A stretch of 64,000 nt of DNA, taken from positions 91,838 to 155,837 of the forward strand of contig OY762430.1 of assembly GCA_963665685.1 (NCBI GenBank), written 5' to 3'. This DNA is from Geopsychrobacteraceae bacterium. Lineage in GTDB: Bacteria > Desulfobacterota > Desulfuromonadia > Desulfuromonadales > Geopsychrobacteraceae. A program made the position numbers and the translations under genes. Positions 1-9,280 of the stretch are shown here, piece by piece; the stretch's first letter is position 1; each line of letters starts with the position of its first letter. Under the pieces are notes generated by a model that was given only the letters and a program-made list of their open reading frames with translations, searched no databases and was not told where the DNA came from.

Positions 1-1
1 C

Positions 2-85
2 AGCTACGTACGTTACCAGCTTGGTGAAGGTATCGAGAAAAAAGAAGACGATTTTGCTGCAGAAGTAGCTGCATTGAGCAAATAG
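2..85 (+). CDS. tsf: Elongation factor Ts, C-terminal fragment (gene starts before window)
   Basis: Frame from nt 2 reads SYVRYQLGEGIEKKEDDFAAEVAALSK*, the conserved EF-Ts C-terminus (RxxLGEGIEK..DFAAEV); directly upstream of pyrH. Confidence 0.93.
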   Translation, partial: SYVRYQLGEGIEKKEDDFAAEVAALSK

Positions 86-170
86 TTTTCCTTTCGAAAG
101 CTGATCTGTTGCCCTTTACTTCATTAGATAGGTAAAGGGCAACTAAATAATATTCCAGACAGGAGTTCCT

Positions 171-902
171 GTGGCTACGGTTAAATACCGAAGAATATTG
201 TTGAAGTTAAGTGGCGAAGCACTTGCTGGTGAGCAGGGTTTCGGCATTGACCCCAATGTCATAAATGGCATTGCTGGAGAAATTAAAGAAGTTGTTGACC
301 TTGGTGTTGAGGTTGCCCTGGTGATCGGAGGAGGAAATATCTTCCGTGGTCTGGCGGCATCATCTCAAGGGATGGAACGGGCGAGTGCTGATTATATGGG
401 GATGTTAGCTACGGTTATGAATAGCCTTGCTATGCAGGATGCCCTTGAAAAGCAGGACGTCGATACTCGGGTCCAGTCTGCAATTGAGATGCAGCAGGTT
501 GCCGAACCTTATATCCGGCGGCGCGCTGTTCGTCACCTTGAAAAGGGGCGCGTGGTTATTTTTAGTGCTGGCACCGGCAACCCTTACTTTACCACCGATA
601 CTGCGGCCAGTTTACGGGCGATGGAGATAAACGCTGAAGTCATCATTAAGGCCACTAAGGTTGATGGCGTTTATTCCGCTGACCCGAAAAAGGACAGTGC
701 TGCTGTCAAACTTCCAACATTGACCTATCTTGATGTCTTGCAGCGTGGCCTTCAGGTTATGGACGCAACCGCGACTTCATTATGTATGGACAATAACCTG
801 CCGATGATTATTTTTGATATGACCCAGCCTGGTAATATCAAAAAAGTTGTTCTGGGCGAAAATATCGGAACAATCGTCAATGGAGGTGAAACAAATGATT
901 AA
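171..902 (+). CDS. pyrH: Uridylate kinase
   Basis: [44 protein letters not shown] motifs; GTG start with AGGAG RBS; tsf-pyrH-frr synteny. Confidence 0.98.
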   Translation: MATVKYRRILLKLSGEALAGEQGFGIDPNVINGIAGEIKEVVDLGVEVALVIGGGNIFRGLAASSQGMERASADYMGMLATVMNSLAMQDALEKQDVDTRVQSAIEMQQVAEPYIRRRAVRHLEKGRVVIFSAGTGNPYFTTDTAASLRAMEINAEVIIKATKVDGVYSADPKKDSAAVKLPTLTYLDVLQRGLQVMDATATSLCMDNNLPMIIFDMTQPGNIKKVVLGENIGTIVNGGETND

Positions 903-1452
903 AGAAGTTCTGAGTGATGCACGTGACTCCATGGATAAAGCTGTTAAGGCTTTAAAAAAGGACATGGCCAAGGTTCGTACCGGTCGTGCCAGCGTTTCTT
1001 TGCTGGATGACGTTCGGGTTGATTATTATGGGGTTCCTACTCCCCTGGCACAGGTTGCATCCCTGTCTGCTCCCGAACCACGTCTTATTACCGTTCAGCC
1101 TTGGGAAAAGAACCTCATTCCTGATATCGAAAAAGCAATTTTCAAGGCTGATATCGGCTTAACTCCGTCCTCCGATGGACAGCTTATCCGCCTGCCTGTG
1201 CCCGCACTGACCGAAGAGCGACGCCGCGAAATGGCTAAGATTGTAAAGCGGATGGGCGAAGAATCTAAAATTTCAATTCGCAATGCGCGCCGTGATGCAA
1301 ACGAGACACTTAAGATGCTCGAAAAAGAAAAAGAAATTACGGAAGATGATTTAAAGCGCAGTGAAAAGGATGTTCAGCAGGTAACCGATGAATTTGTCAA
1401 TCTTATCGACTCCGTCGTGCAAAACAAAGAGCAGGAAATTATGGAAGTTTAA
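895..1452 (+). CDS. frr: Ribosome recycling factor
   Basis: [26 protein letters not shown] motifs; ATG 895 preceded by GGAGG (ORF-track start at 847 lacks an RBS). Confidence 0.97.
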   Translation: MIKEVLSDARDSMDKAVKALKKDMAKVRTGRASVSLLDDVRVDYYGVPTPLAQVASLSAPEPRLITVQPWEKNLIPDIEKAIFKADIGLTPSSDGQLIRLPVPALTEERRREMAKIVKRMGEESKISIRNARRDANETLKMLEKEKEITEDDLKRSEKDVQQVTDEFVNLIDSVVQNKEQEIMEV

Positions 1453-1495
1453 TTCCATTAGTCTCGGGTTTCCGACCCGGAGAGGGAGTGTTCTG

Positions 1496-1660
1496 ATGGC
1501 GTTACGAATTAATGAAGAATGTATTGGTTGTGGCACATGTGTTGACTCTTGCCCTCTTGGGGCCATCGTGGAATGTGGTGAAATATACCGTATCACCGAT
1601 GAGTGTAGTGAGTGTCGAGCATGCGTTGATACATGTCCAGTTAATGCAATAGTTGATTAA
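1496..1660 (+). CDS. 2[4Fe-4S] ferredoxin (54 aa)
   Basis: Two CxxCxxCxxxCP motifs (CIGCGTCVDSCP, CSECRACVDTCP); ATG 1496 with GGGAG RBS. Confidence 0.9.
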   Translation: MALRINEECIGCGTCVDSCPLGAIVECGEIYRITDECSECRACVDTCPVNAIVD

Positions 1661-1683
1661 TTGCACAAAATAGTTATTCTATC

Positions 1684-1711
1684 AAAGGGCGTTTGATACG
1701 CCCTTTTTTTT
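1684..1711 (+). terminator. Intrinsic terminator after frr-ferredoxin
   Basis: AAAGGGCGT-TTGAT-ACGCCCTTT followed by a T run. Confidence 0.85.
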
Positions 1712-1770
1712 ATGATTATCAATTAATTGAGATGGTTTGTTTACTTTTAAGTAGATGAGAAGTTTGACTG

Positions 1771-2523
1771 ATGCGAGAAATAAAATCTTCTGAGCCGGTT
1801 CAGCCGGTACGCCATTTAGCTATTATTATGGATGGTAATGGGCGGTGGGCTCAACAGCGTGGCTTGCCACGCGTTGCCGGGCATCAGCGTGGTGTTGAAA
1901 CCGTCTTGAACGTGGTTGAAGAATGCCGGCGCATAGGGGTTGAGGCTCTAACCCTTTATGCTTTTAGCTCTGAAAACTGGGGGCGCCCAGAAGATGAAGT
2001 TAATGCGTTGATGGCTTTACTTGTTGAGTTTCTAGCGGCTCAACGTCAGAATATGCTCGATAAGGGAATGAGATTTCGCGTTATTGGTGATACTTCACGC
2101 ATGCCGAAAAATGTTCAGGATGCGTTACTTGCTGCGCAGACTACAACTGCTCATGGTGACGGGATGACCCTTGTTCTGGCGCTGTCTTACGGGGCTCGGG
2201 ATGAAATTGTCCGGGCGGCACGGTCTGTTGCCGCCTCTGTGCGCGACAAAGATCTGAGCTTAGAGGATATTACCGAAGAGCTTTTTTCGGAGCGGCTCGA
2301 TACTCATGATCTGCCTGAGTTGGATTTACTGATAAGAACCAGTGGAGAAGTACGCATCAGTAATTTTATGCTCTGGCAATTAGCTTACGCTGAACTATAT
2401 TTTGCTGATGTTTTGTGGCCCGACTTTTCTGCTGAGGAGCTGGCTGTTGCGTTACGTGATTTTCATCAGCGACGCAGACGTTTTGGGTTAACCGATAGTC
2501 AGTGCCAGCAAGGTAAGTCTTAA
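1771..2523 (+). CDS. uppS: Undecaprenyl diphosphate synthase (isoprenyl transferase)
   Basis: HLAIIMDGNGRWA, YAFSSENWGRP, IRTSGEVRISNFMLWQLAYAE motifs. Confidence 0.97.
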   Translation: MREIKSSEPVQPVRHLAIIMDGNGRWAQQRGLPRVAGHQRGVETVLNVVEECRRIGVEALTLYAFSSENWGRPEDEVNALMALLVEFLAAQRQNMLDKGMRFRVIGDTSRMPKNVQDALLAAQTTTAHGDGMTLVLALSYGARDEIVRAARSVAASVRDKDLSLEDITEELFSERLDTHDLPELDLLIRTSGEVRISNFMLWQLAYAELYFADVLWPDFSAEELAVALRDFHQRRRRFGLTDSQCQQGKS

Positions 2524-2677
2524 TTCGTAGTTGTTCGCGCAGAGTCTTTTTATTTGGCCAGTATGAGATTTGTTTCTTGTCCTGACATCTTTATTATTTA
2601 TTCCATAATCGTATCGATATGTGCCAGACTAGCCTGGGATTATGCTTCCCGGTGGGTGCTTGTAATGGAGGTTTGTT

Positions 2678-3478
2678 ATCAAACAGCGAATTATCACAGC
2701 TCTATGTTTGTTGCCCGTATTGGTTCTGCTGCTCGGTTTTGCCAGTGCGTTCTGGTTTGGTGTTTTTCTTACCGTCGTTTTGGGGCTTAGTCTGTATGAG
2801 TACAATCGTATGGGGCTCGGCAGCAATAGGACTTATGAACAATGGTTTGCTGCAGTAATCGGAGCCAGTGTTTTGCCACTGCTTCTTGCTCAACGCAGTG
2901 ATTTGCTCATCCCTGTCTATGCTGTAGGCTATCTTGTTCTTGCCTCTCTGTTTCTGTTCAGGCGCCTTACTATTGAGGATACTGGTAAGGATTTTGGCTG
3001 GCTTCTTAGTGGTTTGATTTACCTTCCTTTTCTGTTAAGTCATGCTTATCTGTTACGGACTTTGCCATTGGGAAAGCAGTGGATTTTTATGCTGTTAATG
3101 GCTGTAATGGCTTGTGATTCCCTGGCTTATTTCGTTGGTCGTAAAATTGGGCAGCGCAAATTGTACCCTAAAGTCAGTCCAAACAAGAGTATTGAAGGTG
3201 CTATTGGCGGTATTTGTGGTGCTGTTCTCGGTGTCTATATGGCGAAATGGTTGTTTATGCCAGTCATTGGGTATGCGGCAGGGTGTTTTATTGCTATCGG
3301 CATCAGCGTTGCCGGGCAAGTTGGAGACCTGTTCGAGTCCCTGTTAAAACGTTCCTGTGGCGTCAAAGATAGTGGCACGATGATTCCTGGTCACGGAGGC
3401 TTGCTTGACCGCCTGGATAGCCTGCTGTTTGTTTTTCCTCTTGTCTATTATATTGCAGTTCTTTTTTATGGAGGCTAG
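2678..3478 (+). CDS. cdsA: Phosphatidate cytidylyltransferase; probable non-canonical ATC start at 2678
   Basis: SPNKSIEGAIGG, GDLFESLLKR..GVKDSG..IPGHGGLLDRLDS motifs; frame extends upstream of TTG 2708 as IKQRIITALC to ATC 2678, 6 nt after GGAGG, bounded by in-frame TAA at 2663. Gene call is solid; the start is an inference. Confidence 0.93.
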   Translation: MKQRIITALCLLPVLVLLLGFASAFWFGVFLTVVLGLSLYEYNRMGLGSNRTYEQWFAAVIGASVLPLLLAQRSDLLIPVYAVGYLVLASLFLFRRLTIEDTGKDFGWLLSGLIYLPFLLSHAYLLRTLPLGKQWIFMLLMAVMACDSLAYFVGRKIGQRKLYPKVSPNKSIEGAIGGICGAVLGVYMAKWLFMPVIGYAAGCFIAIGISVAGQVGDLFESLLKRSCGVKDSGTMIPGHGGLLDRLDSLLFVFPLVYYIAVLFYGG

Positions 3479-3484
3479 CTTCAT

Positions 3485-4642
3485 TTGAAGAAACTCGCCC
3501 TGCTTGGTTCTACCGGTTCTATTGGAACCAGTACTCTTGACATTGTTCGTGCTTTTCCTGATCAGTATGAAATCGTTTCCCTTGCTGCTGGCCGTAATAT
3601 CAATTTGTTGTTGCAACAGATTGAGGAATTTCGTCCTGCCCATGTAGCTGTCGTTAAGGAAGAGGATGCTGACCGGCTTCGTTCCCGCATTTCCTCTAGC
3701 GATGTTACGGTTCATGCCGGTGTCAAAGGTATGATCGAATGTGCTACTCTTGACGACGCTGAAATGGTGGTCGCGGCAATTGTTGGTGCAGCAGGTTTGG
3801 TGCCGACTATGGCGGCTATAAAGGCCGGCAAAGATATCGCATTAGCTAATAAAGAAACGTTGGTTATGGCCGGCGCCTTAATTATGGCCGAAGTTAAGCG
3901 TCGTGGTGTAAGGCTGATTCCGGTGGATAGCGAGCATTCCGCTATTTTTCAATCTTTGGAAGGTCATCGCAATGAGGATATCAGGCGCCTTATTCTGACC
4001 GCTTCCGGAGGTCCTTTTCGCACCTGGGATTATGCGCTCTTTAAACAGATCTCCCCTGCGGATGCCCTTGCTCATCCGAATTGGGATATGGGTAAAAAAA
4101 TCAGTATCGATTCCGCAACAATGATGAATAAGGGGCTGGAAGTCATTGAGGCCCGGTGGTTGTTTGATATTCCCGCAGAGCAGATCGCTGTGCATATTCA
4201 CCCTGAAAGTATCGTTCATTCTTTAGTTGAATATCGGGATGGCGCTTTAATTGCTCAATTGGGAATTCCCGACATGAAAACCCCTATCGCCTATGCTTTG
4301 TCATGGCCGCAACGGTTACCTCTTGAACAGCGGCCACTTGACCTCTGCCAGCAAGGCCAGTTAACCTTTTCAGAGCCGCAGTTGGATAAATTCCCATGTC
4401 TTAAACTTGCGTATGAGGCGCTCGCCCAAGGCGGCACCTTGCCAGCGGTCATGAATGCCGCCAATGAGATAGCCGTTGATGCTTTCTTGACGCACAACAT
4501 CAGTTTCCTTGGTATTGCAGGATTGATTGAAAAAGTAATGGCACGTCATCATTGTGAGCAGGCGGGAACGTTAGATCGTATTCTGCAAGCTGATCTGTGG
4601 GCGCGCAACGAAGCCAAACGTATTCTTGGCGGAGGAATATAA
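3485..4642 (+). CDS. dxr: 1-deoxy-D-xylulose 5-phosphate reductoisomerase
   Basis: [50 protein letters not shown] motifs; TTG start. Confidence 0.98.
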   Translation: MKKLALLGSTGSIGTSTLDIVRAFPDQYEIVSLAAGRNINLLLQQIEEFRPAHVAVVKEEDADRLRSRISSSDVTVHAGVKGMIECATLDDAEMVVAAIVGAAGLVPTMAAIKAGKDIALANKETLVMAGALIMAEVKRRGVRLIPVDSEHSAIFQSLEGHRNEDIRRLILTASGGPFRTWDYALFKQISPADALAHPNWDMGKKISIDSATMMNKGLEVIEARWLFDIPAEQIAVHIHPESIVHSLVEYRDGALIAQLGIPDMKTPIAYALSWPQRLPLEQRPLDLCQQGQLTFSEPQLDKFPCLKLAYEALAQGGTLPAVMNAANEIAVDAFLTHNISFLGIAGLIEKVMARHHCEQAGTLDRILQADLWARNEAKRILGGGI

Positions 4643-5961
4643 TGACTACAATTATCGCCGGCATTCTGATGTTGGGTGTATTGGTTTTTGTACACGAACT
4701 GGGCCACTTTTTAGTTGCTAAAATGTGTGGTGTCAAGGTGTTGAAGTTTTCACTGGGCTTTGGTCCCAAGCTCGTATCTCGACAGCGTGGAGAGACCGAG
4801 TATCAGATTTGTGTCATCCCTTTAGGTGGGTATGTACAGATGCTTGGAGAAGGTGGAGGTGAGGACGGAGAAGATGCTGAACTGACTCCGGAGGAAGAAA
4901 AACGTTCTTTTGCTAAAAAACCGGTTTCTAACCGGTTGGCGATCGTTTTAGCCGGGCCGGTAATGAACCTTGTTTTGCCGTTACTTATCCTGCCGATCTC
5001 CTACTTGATTGGTGTTCAGTTACCAAGCTATTTCGATGAGCCTGCCTGCGTCGGGTATGTTGTTCCGGATACCGCCGCGCAGCAAGCTGGCTTTCTTGCC
5101 GGAGACTGCATTACGGATGTTAATAATTTGCCTGTTTCCAGTTGGAGTAACACGAATAAAGTTTTTGTCGGTCAGGCTGGTGTGCCGCTTCAGTTTAAAA
5201 TCGAGCGCAATAATCATACTCAGACGCTCACTGTTCCGGCTGAAAATAACAGTCTGGAGGGGATGCAGGCGTTAGGGTTATTACCGAGGCAGGATGCCCG
5301 TATTGGCGGCCTGGCTCCAGATATGCCCGCCATGAAGGCAGGACTGAAAGAGAATGATCTTATCCTTTCTGTTGCCGGGGTACCGGTAGCATCGTGGTAC
5401 GATCTTAAGAGTATTGTTCAGAAATCTGGCGAGGTCGCTATCCCGGTTGTCGTTGACCGTGGTGGGGATCAGGTTTCAATTGAATTGGTCCCGGAACGCC
5501 GTGAAGAAGGTGGTGACTTGCTACTTGGCATTGCTCCGCTGCAAAGCTCACAGTTTAAGCGTTTTACTTTTGGCGATGCTATTGTCGAGGGGGCTCATCG
5601 AACTTGGGAGCTCATTGAGCTGACTGTTGTGTTTGTGCAGAAGTTGTTTACCGGCAATGTGTCGACCAAAAACATAGGCGGTCCGATTACTGTGGTGCAA
5701 ATTGCCGGGCAGGCAGCTCAGACCGATATCGCTGCAATAATCTCAGTACTTGCATTTATTTCTATTCAGCTTGGAATTTTAAACCTGTTGCCGATTCCAA
5801 TATTGGATGGTGGCCATATTCTTTTTTACGCCATAGAACTTATCATCCGGCGTCCTTTATCAGTAAGGGCCCGTGAAATGGCTCAGCAGATCGGTATGGC
5901 TATGTTGCTGATGTTGATGGTTCTTGCTTTTTATAATGACATTATGCGTTTGTGGGGATAG
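4642..5961 (+). CDS. rseP: RIP metalloprotease RseP (site-2 protease with PDZ domains)
   Basis: HELGH zinc motif, NLLPIPILDGGH motif, two PDZ-like segments; ATG 4642 with GGAGG RBS. Confidence 0.96.
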   Translation: MTTIIAGILMLGVLVFVHELGHFLVAKMCGVKVLKFSLGFGPKLVSRQRGETEYQICVIPLGGYVQMLGEGGGEDGEDAELTPEEEKRSFAKKPVSNRLAIVLAGPVMNLVLPLLILPISYLIGVQLPSYFDEPACVGYVVPDTAAQQAGFLAGDCITDVNNLPVSSWSNTNKVFVGQAGVPLQFKIERNNHTQTLTVPAENNSLEGMQALGLLPRQDARIGGLAPDMPAMKAGLKENDLILSVAGVPVASWYDLKSIVQKSGEVAIPVVVDRGGDQVSIELVPERREEGGDLLLGIAPLQSSQFKRFTFGDAIVEGAHRTWELIELTVVFVQKLFTGNVSTKNIGGPITVVQIAGQAAQTDIAAIISVLAFISIQLGILNLLPIPILDGGHILFYAIELIIRRPLSVRAREMAQQIGMAMLLMLMVLAFYNDIMRLWG

Positions 5962-5968
5962 TTGGACA

Positions 5969-6679
5969 ATGACGACGACACCTAAAATTCTTGCCGTTGA
6001 TACTGCTGCATTTGCTGGTAGTGTTGCTTTGGCTCATGGGGATACGCTGGTAGCAGAATCGTTGCTTAATGTTCGCAGTACTCATAGTGAAAAACTGTTA
6101 AAGCAGATCGATCTGTTGTTAGCTGAAGCAGGTTGGGCCCTTGCCGATATTGAGCTGCTTGCCGTTGTCGTTGGCCCTGGGTCCTTTACTGGTTTACGTA
6201 TTGGTCTGGCCACGGTTAAGGGGCTCGCTCAGACGTTAAACGTTCCTGTTGCAAGTGTTTCCGCTCTCGAGGTTAGTGCTCTGGGATTTCCCTCTGAAGA
6301 TGTTCCCGTGTGTGCCTTTCTTGATGCGCGAAAAAAAGAAGTCTATACCCAAATTTTTAAAGTCGGGGAGCAGGGGCCTGTTGCAACTAGTGACGCTCGG
6401 GTTGTCGCACCGGAGGTCTTGTTGGGTGAGTTAACCGGGACCGTTGGTTTTGTTGGTGATGGAGTCCCGGTTTATCAGCATTTAATCAAGGAAAAAGAGG
6501 GTTTAAATGCGCTTCTTGCTCCGCATCCATGTCATCAGCGTCGTGGTGGTCAGGTAGCTTGGCTCGCCTATCAGCGTTGGTTGGAAGGTGTTGTTGATAG
6601 TGCCACTGAAGTCACGCCTGTTTATATTCGCCCCTCTGATGCAGAGTTAAATTTTTCGTCCAAAAACAAGCGCTCCTGA
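5969..6679 (+). CDS. tsaB: tRNA threonylcarbamoyladenosine biosynthesis protein TsaB
   Basis: ILAVDT, HSEKLL, GPGSFTGLRIG, DARKKEVY, P.YIRPSDAE motifs; ATG 5969. Confidence 0.95.
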   Translation: MTTTPKILAVDTAAFAGSVALAHGDTLVAESLLNVRSTHSEKLLKQIDLLLAEAGWALADIELLAVVVGPGSFTGLRIGLATVKGLAQTLNVPVASVSALEVSALGFPSEDVPVCAFLDARKKEVYTQIFKVGEQGPVATSDARVVAPEVLLGELTGTVGFVGDGVPVYQHLIKEKEGLNALLAPHPCHQRRGGQVAWLAYQRWLEGVVDSATEVTPVYIRPSDAELNFSSKNKRS

Positions 6680-6767
6680 AATTTAGTTAAGCGGTTGACA
6701 ATCCGCTTCTAATTTGGTTAATTGGAGTTAGTCAATTCGGAAATTTTTTCTGACTGTACCCGGTAAC

Positions 6768-6891
6768 GTCCCTGGCCTGAACCCTCTTTGCCAGAAGGAC
6801 TAAGGCTTGGCAATTTCTTCGAATCCGAATCTATTTCGGTCGACTTTTCAGGATGAAAGGCAGTTTTTCAGAATGGTTTGAGATCAGGGAC
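6768..6891 (+). ncRNA. Candidate structured RNA / 5' leader of the DUF465-like gene (family unassigned)
   Basis: Closing stem GTCCCTG(6768-6774)/CAGGGAC(6885-6891) extended by GAACC/GGTTT; three internal hairpins TTGCCA/TGGCAA, TCGA..CCGAA/TTCGG-TCGA and CTTTTCA-GGA-TGAAAG. Confidence 0.5.
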
Positions 6892-6922
6892 ATAAACCCT
6901 AAGCAAGTGCGCGGAGGTGCCA

Positions 6923-7141
6923 ATGGAAATTGAACAGAATGTTTTAGAAACCCTCATCACCGAAAACTCCCGTTTCCGCATGCTCTACGAAGAACATCAT
7001 ATTTTTGAAAAACAACTCTCCGAATACCAAAAAAAGACATTTCTTACCCCCCAGGAAGAACTCGAAAAAAATAAAGTCAAAAAGATGAAACTCGTTGGTA
7101 AGGACGAGATGAAGAAGATTGTACAGGCTGTCACTGCTTAA
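6923..7141 (+). CDS. Small coiled-coil protein, DUF465/YdcH-like (72 aa)
   Basis: FRMLYEEHHIFEKQL...LTPQEELEKNKVKKMKLVGKDEM matches the DUF465 pattern (F..L..EH..L...I...LK..KL..KD.I); GGAGG 5 nt before ATG 6923. Confidence 0.8.
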   Translation: MEIEQNVLETLITENSRFRMLYEEHHIFEKQLSEYQKKTFLTPQEELEKNKVKKMKLVGKDEMKKIVQAVTA

Positions 7142-7171
7142 TCTTTTATCTTAAAAAAACCAACGCTTTTT

Positions 7172-7204
7172 AAAAGGGCCGAGGCATTTTGCTTCGGCCC
7201 TTTT
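7172..7204 (+). terminator. Intrinsic terminator after the DUF465-like gene
   Basis: AAAAGGGCCGAGGC-ATTTT-GCTTCGGCCCTTTT. Confidence 0.88.
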
Positions 7205-7335
7205 CTTGTGCTGTTTAGCTGAGTATAGGTGGTTTTAGACGTTAAATGAGGACCAGTTATCATCTAACTCTTGACAACCTGGTGTGAGTTGTCGAGACTG
7301 TCATGCTTATCATATTTTATTTATATCATGATCGG

Positions 7336-7540
7336 CTTTTCAGGATCTCCTCAGCCAGATGCAATAAATGATTTGCGACCGTGGGGCTTGATGCTTTTGA
7401 GGAGTTGGTTATGTGGGTTATGCGTGAGCAGGACGAGGGCGTTCTTGCTTTCCATATAGAAGACAGATATTAGTGATTTCAATGTCGATATCGTTTATAC
7501 AACAGACGGTTCCTGGTGAAATCGCTATGAGGAGGATGAC
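7336..7540 (+). promoter_or_regulatory. Candidate structured 5' leader of ilvB with anti-Shine-Dalgarno
   Basis: CTCCTCA (7347-7353) is complementary to TGAGGAG at 7398-7404 and to the ilvB SD TGAGGAG at 7528-7534; additional stem GTGATTTCA(7473-7481)/TGAAATCGC(7517-7525). Confidence 0.4.
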
Positions 7541-7542
7541 AC

Positions 7543-9240
7543 ATGGAATTAACCGGATCGCAAATATTACTTGAATGCTTAAAACGTGAAGGCGTTGACA
7601 CCGTTTTTGGCTACCCCGGTGGCGCAGTTATAAACATATATGATGATCTTTATGATTCATCTCTTGAGCATGTTCTGACCAGGCACGAGCAGGCTGCTGT
7701 ACATGCAGCTGATGGTTATGCCCGGAGCACAGGGAAAGTTGGTGTTGCCATCGCGACGAGTGGCCCCGGTGCGACCAACACTATTACCGGGATAGCAACG
7801 GCTTACATGGATTCTATTCCAATGGTGGTCATTACCGGGCAGGTTCCGACGCCATTGATTGGCAATGATGCTTTTCAGGAAGCTGATATCTGTGGCATGA
7901 CCCGTACCTGTACCAAGCATAATTTTTTGATCCAGGATATTCGTGACTTGGCGCGCACAGTCAAAGAGGCCTTTTATATTGCCAGAACTGGTCGCCCTGG
8001 ACCGGTATTGATTGATTTGCCAAAAGATATCCAGATAGCCAAACATAAATTCTCTTACCCCGATCGCGTTAGTCTCAGAGGCTATAAGCCGACCTATAGT
8101 GGTAACTTCCGCCAGATTGAAAAAGCCGCTAAAATGATTCTGGCGGCCAAGAAACCCCTGCTTTATATCGGTGGGGGCATTAATTTGTCGGCAGCGACTG
8201 ATGAATTGCTGAAACTGACTGAATTGACCCAAATACCGGTAACCACCACGTTGATGGCAATGTCAGGTTTTCCGCAGTCTCACCCCTTGGCTCTCGGCAT
8301 GCTTGGTATGCATGGTACCTTCTATGCAAATATGTCTGTTGCAGAGTGTGACCTGCTCATTGCTGTTGGCTCTCGCTTTGATGATCGTGTGACGGGGCGC
8401 ATCGATTGCTTTGCCGAAAAAGCGAAAATCATCCATGTCGATATCGATCCGACCTCAATTCATAAAAATGTTGCGGTTGATTTGCCAATTGTTGGTGACT
8501 TAAAGGATGTTTTGAGCAAGCTGACGGGGCACCTAAACCAAAAGCCGGAGTTGCTGGAGGATATGGTTGAAGCGAGTCACGCCTGGCGCAAGACGATTGA
8601 AGGGTGGAAGGCGGCTCATCCTATGGGATATCAACAGTCTTCTGATGAGATTAAGCCCCAATATGTTATTGAAAAAATAAGTGAATTGACTGCTGATGAT
8701 GCGATTATCACGACTGAAGTCGGCCAACACCAAATGTGGACAGCTCAGTTTTATAACTTTTTAAAGCCACGCACCTTCTTAACCTCAGGTGGTCTGGGAA
8801 CGATGGGCTTCGGTTTGCCCGCAGCGCTTGGAGCTCAGGTCGCATGTCCTGATCGTCAGGTTATCGATATCTCCGGAGATGGCTCGTTTCAAATGAATTC
8901 GCAAGAACTTGCCACTCTTGTTCAGTATAAACTGCCGGTTAAGATAGCGATTCTTAACAATAATTACCTGGGGATGGTCAGACAGTGGCAACAGATGTTC
9001 TTTGACCAGCGCTATAGTCAGACTCCACTTGAGGTTCCTATCGATTTTATCAAGTTGGCAGAGGCTTACGGAGCCACTGGTCTTCAAGCGACTAAAGTTG
9101 AAGAAGTTGAGGATGTCATCAAAAAAGCGCTCGAAATTCCAGGACCGGTATTGATGAATTTTAAAGTTTGTCGTGATGAGAATGTTTTACCCATGGTTCC
9201 GGCAGGTAAAGCCATTCATGAAATGGTTCTGGCTTCTTAA
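7543..9240 (+). CDS. ilvB: Acetolactate synthase large subunit
   Basis: [54 protein letters not shown] (TPP-binding) motifs. Confidence 0.98.
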   Translation: MELTGSQILLECLKREGVDTVFGYPGGAVINIYDDLYDSSLEHVLTRHEQAAVHAADGYARSTGKVGVAIATSGPGATNTITGIATAYMDSIPMVVITGQVPTPLIGNDAFQEADICGMTRTCTKHNFLIQDIRDLARTVKEAFYIARTGRPGPVLIDLPKDIQIAKHKFSYPDRVSLRGYKPTYSGNFRQIEKAAKMILAAKKPLLYIGGGINLSAATDELLKLTELTQIPVTTTLMAMSGFPQSHPLALGMLGMHGTFYANMSVAECDLLIAVGSRFDDRVTGRIDCFAEKAKIIHVDIDPTSIHKNVAVDLPIVGDLKDVLSKLTGHLNQKPELLEDMVEASHAWRKTIEGWKAAHPMGYQQSSDEIKPQYVIEKISELTADDAIITTEVGQHQMWTAQFYNFLKPRTFLTSGGLGTMGFGLPAALGAQVACPDRQVIDISGDGSFQMNSQELATLVQYKLPVKIAILNNNYLGMVRQWQQMFFDQRYSQTPLEVPIDFIKLAEAYGATGLQATKVEEVEDVIKKALEIPGPVLMNFKVCRDENVLPMVPAGKAIHEMVLAS

Positions 9241-9280
9241 ATTTTATGTCAATTGCTGACACTTTAGGGGATATGTAAAA

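Noticed and set aside
6768-6891. Possible 6S RNA identity for the structured element
   Set aside because: Too short (124 nt vs roughly 180), multi-branched rather than a rod with a central bubble, and not in the usual zapA/ygfA context; kept as an unassigned RNA
7303-7371. Classical ilv attenuator leader peptide MLIIFYL...
   Set aside because: No SD, only four Leu/Ile codons near the start, no Val, and no convincing terminator/antiterminator pair; mentioned only as part of the anti-SD finding
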